Of a stretch of 60,976 nucleotides of DNA, positions 46,211 to 54,945 are shown piece by piece. Numbering within the stretch: the stretch's first letter is position 1; the number at the start of each line of letters is the position of its first letter. The position numbers were made by a program, and so were the translations under genes. The stretch lies in assembly GCA_937982655.1 (NCBI GenBank), contig CALJLK010000352.1, positions 1 through 60,976 on the forward strand, in the 5' to 3' direction. The notes beneath the pieces were generated by a model. It saw nothing but the letters and a program-made list of their open reading frames with translations. It ran no database searches and had not been told where the DNA came from. This stretch comes from an uncultured Sandaracinus sp. (GTDB lineage: Bacteria; Myxococcota_A; Polyangia; Polyangiales; Houyiibacteriaceae).

Positions 46211-47323
46211 GTGCGCCTCCTCCTGGCCCTCTCGTTCACTCTCTCGTTCGCGCTCCCCGCGTCCGCCCAGAGCACGGGGTCGAGCTTCGGCAGCAGCGAC
46301 TGGGGCTCGACCTCGAGCGGCGGAGACTTCTCGAGCGGCGGCGGAGACTTCTCGGCCGGGTCGGCGGGGTCAGCCGCCGACTTCTCGAGCGGTAGTTTCG
46401 GAGACTCGAGCGGAGGCAGCTCGGGCGGCGGTCCACTCTCCCCAATCGTCGGAAGTCTCCTCCTGGCCGGGTTTCTCATCGGCCTCGGATGGGCTTGGTG
46501 GAGCGCAGAACGCGAGATTCGAGAGGCGGATCCCAACCGCATCGACCCCGGCCTCATCGACGTCGCGCTCGTCTCGATCGCGTTGGGTGGCCCCGCGCGA
46601 GAGCAGCTCCAACGACGACTACCCCGCGTGGCGCGTGGCCTCGGCAGCGCACGCGCTCGCCACGACGCGCTGCGCGACGTGGTCCAAGCCCTGCGCGAAG
46701 CGAAAGACGCGTGGGTCTACGGGCGCATCGTCGACCACCTCCCGCGCGCGGCCGGTCACGCGCGTCGCGATCTCGAACGCCACGCGGCAGAGCTCCGCGC
46801 GCGCTACCGACACGAGCTCCTCCGCGGCACCGACGCTCGCGCGACCGAACGCTCGGCGCCGGAGCCCACGCCACGCGCGGAGGAAGGCGACGGGCTCGTC
46901 GTGGTCTCCCTCGTGGTCGCGGCGCGCGACACGATCGAGGACGCGCGTTCCGTCACCCTCGAACGGATCGATCGCCTGCTCCAGCGGCTCGCGGACATCC
47001 CGATCGACCGACTCGTCGCGCTCGAGGTGACGTGGTCGCCGGCGAGCGATCGCGATCGGCTCTCCAGCGCCGAGCTCGAGGTCGTCTACCCGGAGATGGT
47101 TCGCCTCGTCGATCGCCCGCTCGGGCGGGTCACGTGTGCCTCGTGTGGCGTCGTGAGCGCGGCGGAGCTCGCGTCGTGTCCGTCGTGTGGAGCGCCCCGA
47201 CCCACGGCGCCTCCGACGCCGGGACCCGCCGCCGAGGCCGCGCGCGAGGACGCATCGAAGGCGGGTGACGACGCGCCGAAGTCCCTGCGCGAGATCATGC
47301 GCGCCAAGCGTGGGTCTTCGTGA
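46211..47323 (+). CDS. DUF1517-like membrane protein with a C-terminal zinc-ribbon-like CxxC..CxxC
   Basis: A signal peptide is followed by a Gly/Ser/Asp/Phe low-complexity region and one TM helix (IVGSLLLAGFLIGLGWAWW). A soluble domain follows, with CASCG...CPSCG near the C-terminus. The family call is from memory. Confidence 0.6.
   Translation: MRLLLALSFTLSFALPASAQSTGSSFGSSDWGSTSSGGDFSSGGGDFSAGSAGSAADFSSGSFGDSSGGSSGGGPLSPIVGSLLLAGFLIGLGWAWWSAEREIREADPNRIDPGLIDVALVSIALGGPAREQLQRRLPRVARGLGSARARHDALRDVVQALREAKDAWVYGRIVDHLPRAAGHARRDLERHAAELRARYRHELLRGTDARATERSAPEPTPRAEEGDGLVVVSLVVAARDTIEDARSVTLERIDRLLQRLADIPIDRLVALEVTWSPASDRDRLSSAELEVVYPEMVRLVDRPLGRVTCASCGVVSAAELASCPSCGAPRPTAPPTPGPAAEAAREDASKAGDDAPKSLREIMRAKRGSS
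46352..46392 (+). repeat. Palindromic repeat copy inside the DUF1517-like coding sequence (in frame)
   Basis: GTCGGCGGGGTCAGCCGCCGAC lies at 46360-46381 and is read as AGSAGSAADFSS, the same frame as in rtcB. Confidence 0.9.
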
Positions 47324-47425
47324 GGCGAGCTCGTGGCATCGGACGACGACTCGCCGCGCCGACGATGACGCCGCTCACGCTCCACGATTGAGTCGCCTCA
47401 CCCGAGGCGTGATGCTCCGGGGGCG

Positions 47426-47965
47426 ATGAAGATCTCCAAGATCCACCACGTGGCCTACCGCTGCAACGACGCCAAAGAGACCGTCGAGTGGTACGGCAAG
47501 CACCTGAAGATGGACTTCGTCCTCGCGATCGCCGAGGACCGCGTGCCCTCCACGAAGGAGCCCGATCCCTACATGCACGTCTTCCTCGACGCGGGGAACG
47601 GCAACGTGCTCGCGTTCTTCGAGCTGCCGACGAAGCCGAAGATGGGCAAGGATCCGAACACCCCGGAGTGGGTGCAGCACATCGCGTTCGAGGTGCCCGA
47701 TCGCGAGACGCTCCTGGCGTTTCGTGCGTCGCTCGAAGCGGCCGGCATCGAGGTGCTCGGCGTCACGGATCATTCGCTCTTCCACTCGATCTACTTCTTC
47801 GATCCGAACGGACACCGCATCGAGCTCGCGTGCCCCGATCCGGAAGAAGAGGCGAAGCTGCGCCGCCTCGACGCGGTGAAGTGGGAGATGCTCGAAGAGT
47901 GGTCGCGGACGAAGAAGGCGCCGCGCCACGCGGCGTGGATGCACGAGAAGCAGCTCGCGGACTGA
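47426..47965 (+). CDS. VOC family protein (glyoxalase / extradiol dioxygenase fold)
   Basis: KIHHVAYRCNDAKETVEWY ... HIAFEV ... SIYFFDPNGHRIEL is the classic paired beta-alpha-beta-beta-beta module pattern. Confidence 0.85.
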   Translation: MKISKIHHVAYRCNDAKETVEWYGKHLKMDFVLAIAEDRVPSTKEPDPYMHVFLDAGNGNVLAFFELPTKPKMGKDPNTPEWVQHIAFEVPDRETLLAFRASLEAAGIEVLGVTDHSLFHSIYFFDPNGHRIELACPDPEEEAKLRRLDAVKWEMLEEWSRTKKAPRHAAWMHEKQLAD

Positions 47966-48079
47966 CGGACGGGTCGCTCCTGACGGCTCGGAGGCACGAA
48001 GCGCAGCGCGCCGACGGCCGCGCGGGTCGCGGGCCACTCGGATGCACGAAGTGCTGCTCGCGGATGCGGACGGCGCAGC

Positions 48080-49375
48080 TCACCCCTCGAGCGCGCGGCC
48101 ACGTGAGGCTCGCGTGCTTCGCCGCGAGACGAGCCACGCGACGAGCGCGACGAGCCACGCCGCGCTCTGCGGAGTGCTCGCGCTCACCGCACACCCTCCC
48201 CCGCTCGCGCCGTCCGTTCCTGCGTCCGTCGCGACGCCGGCGTCGAGCAGCCCGAAGTGCTCGCGGTTGTGCGCGTCTTCTTCGACCGCACAGCGCGTGA
48301 GGGTCGGCGCGTCGTTCGCGCACGCGACCGGACCCACGACCTCGTCGAACGCGAGCACCGACGCGAAGCTCGCGCCCTCGTCGTTCGAGCGTCCCACCAC
48401 GAACGGGCTGGGCGTCCCGAAGCACGCGTAGAGCCCGTCGTCGCGCGCTTCGAGACACTTCACCTGCGCGTCCGAGAACACGTGCGCGAGCGGCGCGTCT
48501 GCCTCACCGCGCCAGAGCCCGACCTCCCGCGGCGGCGCCCCTGGCACGCCGATCGGCGGATCGCCGGGATCGCGACCCCCGACGAAGAGCGTCTCTCCCA
48601 CCCGCGCGAAACCGCCGAAGAGTGGCACCTCGAAGCGCGTCGTCCACGTCGCGCCGCCGTCGCGGCTCTCGAGCACACGCTCGGGGATCGAACGAATCGA
48701 CGGATCCCGCAGCGTGCGCGCGAAGAGGCGCGTGGGATCGTCCGCGTCGACTTCCAGCAGGAGCAGCGTCAGCTCGCCTTCGTCGAGCGGCACGCGGTGC
48801 TCCACGAAGCTCTCGCCGCCGTCCACGCTCGCGAGCACCGACGCGTCACGACGCTCGCCGGTCGTCTCCCGAGGCACGAAGCCCGCGACGTAGACCGTGC
48901 GCGGATCCGAAGGCGCCGTGCGCACGCGTTCGTAGAGCGGTGGTCGCGGCAGCGGCGCGTGTGCTTCCCACACGAGCCCGTCGGCGCTCCGCCAGAGCGC
49001 GTTGCTCGCGGAGCCGTTCGAGGTCACCGCCCAGAGCACGCCGTCGCGACCTGCGTGCACGTCGAGCACGACTTGGCGCCGCAGCGCTTCGACCGCCTGC
49101 ATCGCGCAGGGCTCACCGACCACGATTCCGTCGAAGCTCGCCACCACGAAACGCTCATGCGCGAAAGCCCAGATCGGATCTTCTTGCAGACGCAGGCCGA
49201 TGCCCGCGCGGCAGGTCCAGCGCCAGCCGTCGTCGCTCGGCACGAGCAGCCCGACCGTGCTCGCGACCGCCACGAGCTCGGAGCCGTCGAAGAGGAGCTG
49301 CTGCGTCTCCGGAAACCGTCCCGCGTGCGCGTGGGCGTGCGTGTGGAGCCCGAACGCGACGTACGCGAACAGCAT
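48080..49375 (-). CDS. Secreted beta-propeller-like (BNR-like) protein with a MYXO-CTERM-type sorting tail
   Basis: Start at MLFAYVAFGL. Asp-box-like segments are SVDGGESF, SRDGGATWT and SNDEGASF. The C-terminal GGGCAVSASTPQSAAWLVALVAWLVSRRS matches the Gly-Cys + hydrophobic + Arg pattern of MYXO-CTERM. Confidence 0.7.
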   Translation of the reverse strand: MLFAYVAFGLHTHAHAHAGRFPETQQLLFDGSELVAVASTVGLLVPSDDGWRWTCRAGIGLRLQEDPIWAFAHERFVVASFDGIVVGEPCAMQAVEALRRQVVLDVHAGRDGVLWAVTSNGSASNALWRSADGLVWEAHAPLPRPPLYERVRTAPSDPRTVYVAGFVPRETTGERRDASVLASVDGGESFVEHRVPLDEGELTLLLLEVDADDPTRLFARTLRDPSIRSIPERVLESRDGGATWTTRFEVPLFGGFARVGETLFVGGRDPGDPPIGVPGAPPREVGLWRGEADAPLAHVFSDAQVKCLEARDDGLYACFGTPSPFVVGRSNDEGASFASVLAFDEVVGPVACANDAPTLTRCAVEEDAHNREHFGLLDAGVATDAGTDGASGGGCAVSASTPQSAAWLVALVAWLVSRRSTRASRGRALEG

Positions 49376-49424
49376 CGCGCGAACGATCGATCGACGCGAC
49401 GAGCGCGCGAGAGCGCGCGAAGAA

Positions 49425-49458
49425 GTCGGCGGTTGACCCCGCCGACTCGGTCGAGAAG
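49425..49458 (-). repeat. Palindromic repeat copy (inverted orientation) in the 5' leader of the 48080-49375 gene
   Basis: The plus strand reads GTCGGCGGTTGACCCCGCCGAC-TCGGTCGAGAAG. The reverse complement is CTTCTCGACCGA-GTCGGCGGGGTCAACCGCCGAC. Confidence 0.85.
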
Positions 49459-49524
49459 ATCGCGAAGCAGGCGAAGTCGAGCCCGACGTCGAAGACACGA
49501 TCGACTCCGACGACCGACGCTTGC

Positions 49525-50541
49525 TCACCACACGCTCGCGTGGTCCTCGCACACCCCCATCACCTGATCGATCTCGATCCCGGCGACCTTCCCGCGGAAG
49601 AGCCCGTAGGGCTGCACGAAGTCGCTCTTCACGAGCTTCATGTCGAGGTGCTGCGCGCGCGCGCCGAGCGGCGTGAAGGTGAGATCGACCTCGTCACCCA
49701 CGCGGCTGACGATGCGCCAATCACCGACCCCCGGCTCGCGCGGCACCTCGAAGCTCACGCCACCCAGCGGACGCACGCGACCGTCGAGCCAGAACGCGTT
49801 CTCGAGCGAGTCGCCGTTGGCATCGTCGTAGACCTCGGCGGAGAGGTTCAGCCCGACGTTGCGACCGCCCGCGCGCCCCGCGAAGCTCGCCCACTTCCAG
49901 CGCGTCTCGCGCGAGGCCAGCGAACGTGTCCAGTCGATGGTCGCGAGCCCGCCGCCGAGATCGACCGACTCGTCGCCGAGCCGCAGCGAGCCCGTGACAC
50001 GAAGCCCCGCGGACTTGTGGGTGTACGCGGGCCGACCGCCGCCGAGATCGACGAGCAGCGCGAGCGACTCCGCCGACTCCACGTGGAAGCCGCCCGCCAC
50101 CGGCAGCTCACCGAGCACCACGTCCACGCGTGCATCCCAGCCGCCCGCTCGCGCCGCCACGCGGATGTCGGCGTCGCGGTGCCGCCAGATCGTCTCACCC
50201 TTCGTCGAGCTCTCCGCGAAGCGCAGGTGCCGACCGAGCACGGAGAGCGCCTCGTACTCGCGCGCCACCGTCGGCTGCTTGCGATCGACGAGGTACAAGA
50301 ACGCGTTGGCCACGTAGCCGAGCTGCACGAGCCCGAACGCGAGGAAGAGCCGCTCGCTCGCGACCGAGAAGTAGTGCCACTCCTTCAGGCGCATTCGCCG
50401 CACCACGCCGGTGCCGAGATCGGGCGACGGAATGGGCAGCCGGTAGCGACCCCACTGCCACTCGCCGTTCACGCGCGCCGCGCTCGGAGGCTCGGGCAAC
50501 GCGGGCGGCATCGTGCTTCGACGCATCTCGGTGTCGGTCAC
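49525..50541 (-). CDS. DUF2804-like protein
   Basis: 338 aa with balanced composition. The pattern RLKEWHYFSV...FGLVQLGYVANAFLYLVD is reminiscent of DUF2804. The GTG start overlaps the nagZ stop (GTGA). Confidence 0.6.
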   Translation of the reverse strand: MTDTEMRRSTMPPALPEPPSAARVNGEWQWGRYRLPIPSPDLGTGVVRRMRLKEWHYFSVASERLFLAFGLVQLGYVANAFLYLVDRKQPTVAREYEALSVLGRHLRFAESSTKGETIWRHRDADIRVAARAGGWDARVDVVLGELPVAGGFHVESAESLALLVDLGGGRPAYTHKSAGLRVTGSLRLGDESVDLGGGLATIDWTRSLASRETRWKWASFAGRAGGRNVGLNLSAEVYDDANGDSLENAFWLDGRVRPLGGVSFEVPREPGVGDWRIVSRVGDEVDLTFTPLGARAQHLDMKLVKSDFVQPYGLFRGKVAGIEIDQVMGVCEDHASVW

Positions 50542-51611
50542 GCGCGGACCTCCTCACGTCGCTCCGCGAGCAACGACTCCAGCTCGGCCACCTCCGGATC
50601 GGAGAGCGCCTCTCGCAGCGCTTGGCCCACGAGCGGCGTCGGCGCCACCTTCGCGCGCATCGCGAGCGCACGATCGCCCGCGTCCCGCAGCCGCTCCGCG
50701 AACGCGGCGTCCTCGCTCGCACGTCGCGCCAACGCGTCGCGCGCCTCGAAGCACGCGTCGACGTCCTTGCACACGAGCAGGAGATCACAGCCCGCCTCGA
50801 TCGCCCGCACCGCGCTCTGCGCCACACCCCAGCGGTCGGCCACCGCCTTCATCTCGAGGTCGTCGCTGATCACCACGCCAGGGTACCCGAGACGTCGCCG
50901 CAAGAGATCCGTGACCACGCGCCACGAGAGCGTCGCGGGCACCTCCGCGTCGAGCGCCTCGAAGAGCACGTGCGCGGTCATCAACGCGGGCACCCGCGAA
51001 GCCGCTGCGAAGGGCGCGAGCTCGACGGACTCGAGCCGCTCGAGCGTGTGCCGCAGCACCGGCAACGCGAGGTGGCTGTCGGTGTCGGTGTCGCCGTGGC
51101 CCGGGAAGTGTTTTCCACACGCGAGCAGCCCCGCGTCCGCGAGCCCGTCCGCGAACGCGAGCCCGTGCGCGATCACCGTCGCGGGATCGCGCCCGAAGCT
51201 CCGATCGCCGATGACGGGGTTGTCGGGATTGGTGTCGACGTCGAGCACGGGTGCGAAGTCCATCGTGAAGCCGAGCGCGCGGAGCTGACGGCCGAGCACG
51301 CGAGCACAACGGCGCGTGAGCCCGACGTCGCCCCGCTCCCCGAGGGCCCGCATCGGCGGCAGCTTCAGCACCGGCGCTCCGAAACGCGCGACCCGCCCGC
51401 CCTCTTGGTCGACCGACACCAGCAGCGGCTCCGGGCTCTCCAGGCTCGCGATCGACGCCGCGACCGCCTCGGGACCCTCCACGAGGTTCCGTTTGAAGAG
51501 GATCACCCCCGCGAGCGACCCCTCTCGGAGGGCGTCGCGAACGATCCGCGGCGGCTCGGTGGAGGGGTATCCGACCACCAGAACTCGCCCGGCGAGGCTC
51601 TCGAAATTCAT
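50538..51611 (-). CDS. nagZ: Beta-N-acetylhexosaminidase (GH3, NagZ)
   Basis: VDQEGGRVARF, KHFPGHGDTDTDSH and VVISDDLEMKA are NagZ hallmarks. I set the start at MNFESLAG. Confidence 0.9.
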   Translation of the reverse strand: MNFESLAGRVLVVGYPSTEPPRIVRDALREGSLAGVILFKRNLVEGPEAVAASIASLESPEPLLVSVDQEGGRVARFGAPVLKLPPMRALGERGDVGLTRRCARVLGRQLRALGFTMDFAPVLDVDTNPDNPVIGDRSFGRDPATVIAHGLAFADGLADAGLLACGKHFPGHGDTDTDSHLALPVLRHTLERLESVELAPFAAASRVPALMTAHVLFEALDAEVPATLSWRVVTDLLRRRLGYPGVVISDDLEMKAVADRWGVAQSAVRAIEAGCDLLLVCKDVDACFEARDALARRASEDAAFAERLRDAGDRALAMRAKVAPTPLVGQALREALSDPEVAELESLLAERREEVRA

Positions 51612-51720
51612 CCCTTGGCTCCCGGGGGCCCGTCCGAGCGACGATCCGGCGCCCGAGCCGATCGGGCGGTCACGAACCGCGATCGCGGCCAACCGCCGGA
51701 GATTACTACAAATCAGCCGG

Positions 51721-53202
51721 ATGCAAGCCTCGGTGCCCGGCGGGGTCCGGTGGGTCGCCCCACATTCCGACCTGCGCGCCCCACCCTCGGCGGGCTATCT
51801 TCGGTCGACCGTGGACCTCCACGCCGAGCTACCCCCCGAACCCCTCGACGACGACGACGATCTCGACGCCGAGGCGGACCTGTCGCCGACGCTCCTCGCC
51901 GGACCGACGCCCGCCATCTATCCGATCACCTTCCGGGAAGAGGATGTCGACCCCGACGCGGTGAAGGTCATCCGGCGGCTCACCCACTACGGCCACCAGG
52001 CCTACCTCGTGGGCGGCTGCGTACGCGACCTGCTGCTGGATCAGCACCCGAAGGACTTCGACGTCGCGACGAGCGCGCGTCCGAGCGAGGTGCGCCGGCT
52101 CTTCCGCAACTGCCGCGTGATCGGCAGGCGATTCCGGCTCGCGCACATCCTCTTTTCGGGCGGCAAGATCATCGAGGTCGCGACCTTCCGCCGCGATCCG
52201 GGTCAGACCTTCCGCACGAGCTCGTATGCGGAGCGCCCCGCGCGAGCCCGCGCCGATCTGCCCGAGCCGGTGAAGCTCACGCCGATCTTCGCCGCCACCG
52301 ACGACGACGCGGACCTCTTGATCCGCAACGACAACGTCTTCGGCGATCCTCACGAAGACGCGGTGCGCCGCGACTTCACGATCAACGGGCTCTTCTACGA
52401 CGTGCGGCGCGGCGAGGTGATCGACTTCGTGGGCGGCATGGAGGACATCGCGGCCCGCACCGTGCGGACGATCGGCGAGCCCGACGTGCGCCTGCGCGAA
52501 GACCCGGTGCGCATCCTGCGCGCGATCAAGTTCAGCGCGCGCTGCGACCTCGGGATCGCGCCCGACCTCTACGACGCGTTGGTGGACTTCCGCGGCGAGC
52601 TCGCGCGGGCGGCGCGGCCGCGCTTGCTCGAAGAGCTGCTTCGTCTGCTCCGCGGCGGCGCGGCGCATCGCTCGATGTACCTCGCGTGGGATCTCGGTGT
52701 GCTCGCGGAGCTGCTGCCCGAGGTCACGAGCTTCCTCGACGACGACGCCCCCGGCGCGCGCGAGCTCTGGGGTCGGCTCGAAGCGATCGATCGGCGCAAA
52801 GCGGCAGGCGAGCTGCCAGACGACGCGGTGCTGCTCGCGGCGCTGCTGCTCGGTCCGATCGAAGAAGCGGTCGACGGGGCGCGCGATCCGAACCTGGCCT
52901 TCGACGAGTTCATGGAAGAGCTCTCGCTGCGCCTCGCGGTGCCGCGCCGGATCAAGGACCGCATTCGACTGCTGGTCGGCAGCCAACGACGCCTGCGCGC
53001 CGGCAAGGTCGGCACACTCGCGCGGCGCGACTTCTTCCACGACGCCGCCACCCTCTTCGCCCTCGGTGAAGAAGCGCGCGGCGGTCGCCTCCCGACCTGG
53101 GCCGAGCCCAGCGTCGCGCCCGCGGAAGCGCCGGTCGAGGACGACGAGCGCCCGCGTCGTCGTCGCCGTCGACGCCGTCGCCGAGCCGGCGGCGCGGACT
53201 GA
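51721..53202 (+). CDS. pcnB: Poly(A) polymerase I (PcnB) / tRNA nucleotidyltransferase family
   Basis: YLVGGCVRDLLLDQHPKDFDVATSARPSEVRRLFRNCRVIGRRFRLAHILF is collinear with PcnB. The tail is Arg-rich (RPRRRRRRRRRR). The start position is uncertain (ATG 51721 chosen). Confidence 0.85.
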   Translation: MQASVPGGVRWVAPHSDLRAPPSAGYLRSTVDLHAELPPEPLDDDDDLDAEADLSPTLLAGPTPAIYPITFREEDVDPDAVKVIRRLTHYGHQAYLVGGCVRDLLLDQHPKDFDVATSARPSEVRRLFRNCRVIGRRFRLAHILFSGGKIIEVATFRRDPGQTFRTSSYAERPARARADLPEPVKLTPIFAATDDDADLLIRNDNVFGDPHEDAVRRDFTINGLFYDVRRGEVIDFVGGMEDIAARTVRTIGEPDVRLREDPVRILRAIKFSARCDLGIAPDLYDALVDFRGELARAARPRLLEELLRLLRGGAAHRSMYLAWDLGVLAELLPEVTSFLDDDAPGARELWGRLEAIDRRKAAGELPDDAVLLAALLLGPIEEAVDGARDPNLAFDEFMEELSLRLAVPRRIKDRIRLLVGSQRRLRAGKVGTLARRDFFHDAATLFALGEEARGGRLPTWAEPSVAPAEAPVEDDERPRRRRRRRRRRAGGAD

Positions 53203-53558
53203 TCGCGCGGACGGCGCGTCGTCGGTGTGGGCCCAGCGGTTGCGTGGACCGCTCCGAGGTGGTGAGGGAGCCCCATAGGCGAAGCCCGAGGTCACTCGCG
53301 TGGCCTCGGGCTTCTCGGGGTGCTTTGGGTGTTGTGCTTGGGTGTTTGGGTGCTGGTCGGGTGCGAGCCACGAGCCTCGTGGTCTCGGCCCTCGAGCGAC
53401 CCGGAGCGAGCTCCGAGCCCCCGGCGAGCCCGTCCCCCGACGGGCCCGCAGAGTCGTGTCGTGTCGTCGGTTTGTGCGACGATCGTTAGTAACTCACAGA
53501 AGAGTTACTCCGTTCGTCCACTCGCGCAAGCGGTTTCGACGAGTCCGGCAAAAATGGT

Positions 53559-53680
53559 GGATCCTTCGCGTGCAGTGGATCCTTCACGTGCAGCAGATCC
53601 TTCGCGTGCGGCAGGGTGGAGCCTTCGCGAGCAGCAGGATCCTCCGCACGCAGCGGGGTTCCAGCAGAACCTTCGCTCGC
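53559..53680. repeat. Degenerate tandem array, about 6 units of 18-22 bp with a GGATCCTTCGCG core
   Basis: The units are GGATCCTTCGCGTGCAGT / GGATCCTTCACGTGCAGCA / GATCCTTCGCGTGCGGCAGGGT / GGAGCCTTCGCGAGCAGCA / GGATCCTCCGCACGCAGCGG / GGTTCCAGCAGAACCTTCGCTCGCGG. The array lies between convergent gene ends (pcnB and the 53817 gene). Confidence 0.85.
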
Positions 53681-53816
53681 GGCCCCCGCGACGGTTGGAC
53701 GCGCCTGTCACGCACTGGCGTGCCCCGACGTTGGCTCGGCCCGTCGCGCTCGTGAGCGGTTCTCGAGGAGCTCCGCGGTCTGCGAAGTAGGTGCGGGGTC
53801 CCGAGGAACGGCGACG

Positions 53817-54719
53817 TCAGCTCGTGAGCTTCGACAGCCAAACCGCGAAGTCGGGCGCGTCGACGAGCGCGGTGAGCACACCTTCGCCTTGGACCCGCAG
53901 GTACGCGCGCACGTCCGGCAGCGCGCCGGCCTCGTCGAGCAGCTCCGCGACCGTCCGCTCGCCTTCGACCTCGAGGAACGCGGCCAGCTCCGCGCGCACG
54001 ATCGCGTGACCGAGCGCGGAGCGGAGGTCGTGCTCCACGATCGCGGGTGCGAGCTTCGCGACCTCGCGCCACGGCAGCGCGTCGAAGTCCGCGAGGATCT
54101 GCGCGAGCGGGACCTCGGCGACGTGCCGGAACGCGTGTCGCCGCAGCTCCTCCACCAGCGCGCGGCCCTCGTCCGAAGCGAGCCGCGCCGCGACCGCGTC
54201 GCGCAGGGTCGCGAACGCCGACTTGCTGAACTCCGCCGCGATCGCCTTCGCGCCCGAGAGCGCGCCGCCCGCCGCCTTGCCGCCGACGCGCGCGAGCGCG
54301 CCGAGCGCCCCCACGCCGGGCAGCTTGCCGACGAACTGCATCAGGATCTCCTGAAGCACCGGCGAGAAGAGCCGCTCGAGCAGCTTCGGATCGATCGCGT
54401 CTCGGGCCCACTCGAAGCGCGGAAAACGCGTCGCGAGGAGGAGCCGCTCGAGCTCGAGGCGCGCATCGTCGGGGAGCAGCTCGCCCACGCGGGTCTCGCG
54501 CCGCGTCGTCTCGTCGCGGAACCGGTCGAACGCGGGCAGCACGTGCTCGTCCACGCCGCGCGCGAGCGGCGGACGAACCACCGCGACCTCGAGCAACGCG
54601 AGCAGCCCCGTGACGTCGACCACGTCGCGCACGCGTCGCGCGAGCAGCGCGTCGACGACGATCGCGACCCCTTCGCGCCGGAGGTTCTCGTCGTGGCGGA
54701 GGCGATCGATCGCGGTCAC
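53817..54719 (-). CDS. Hypothetical all-helical protein
   Basis: Balanced Leu/Ala/Glu/Arg composition and no recognised family. I chose GTG 54719, with GGAG 7-10 nt upstream, because the maximal ORF (to 54881) runs through a tandem repeat. Confidence 0.5.
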   Translation of the reverse strand: MTAIDRLRHDENLRREGVAIVVDALLARRVRDVVDVTGLLALLEVAVVRPPLARGVDEHVLPAFDRFRDETTRRETRVGELLPDDARLELERLLLATRFPRFEWARDAIDPKLLERLFSPVLQEILMQFVGKLPGVGALGALARVGGKAAGGALSGAKAIAAEFSKSAFATLRDAVAARLASDEGRALVEELRRHAFRHVAEVPLAQILADFDALPWREVAKLAPAIVEHDLRSALGHAIVRAELAAFLEVEGERTVAELLDEAGALPDVRAYLRVQGEGVLTALVDAPDFAVWLSKLTS

Positions 54720-54828
54720 GCGCGCTCCGTAGAGGCAATCGCGTCGACGCGCCAGCAGCGAAGCGTCGGCGCCGCGCTCGCACCGCGTCACGCGGCGACC
54801 CGTCGTCGTCGCGACCCCGAACGGGCGC

Positions 54829-54920
54829 GTGAACGCGCGAGCTCGTGGCTCGTGAACGCGCGAGTGGGTGAACGTGGGCACGCGCGCTCCGTGAACGCGC
54901 GCGGCTCGTGAACGCGCGAG
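54829..54920. repeat. Five copies of GTGAACG(C/T)G(C/G)G at alternating 23/16-17-bp spacing
   Basis: Copies start at 54829, 54852, 54868, 54891 and 54908. They lie in the spacer between the DMT gene stop and the probable start of the 53817-54719 gene. Confidence 0.8.
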
Positions 54921-54945
54921 CCCACGCGATCAGCCGCGACGAAGC

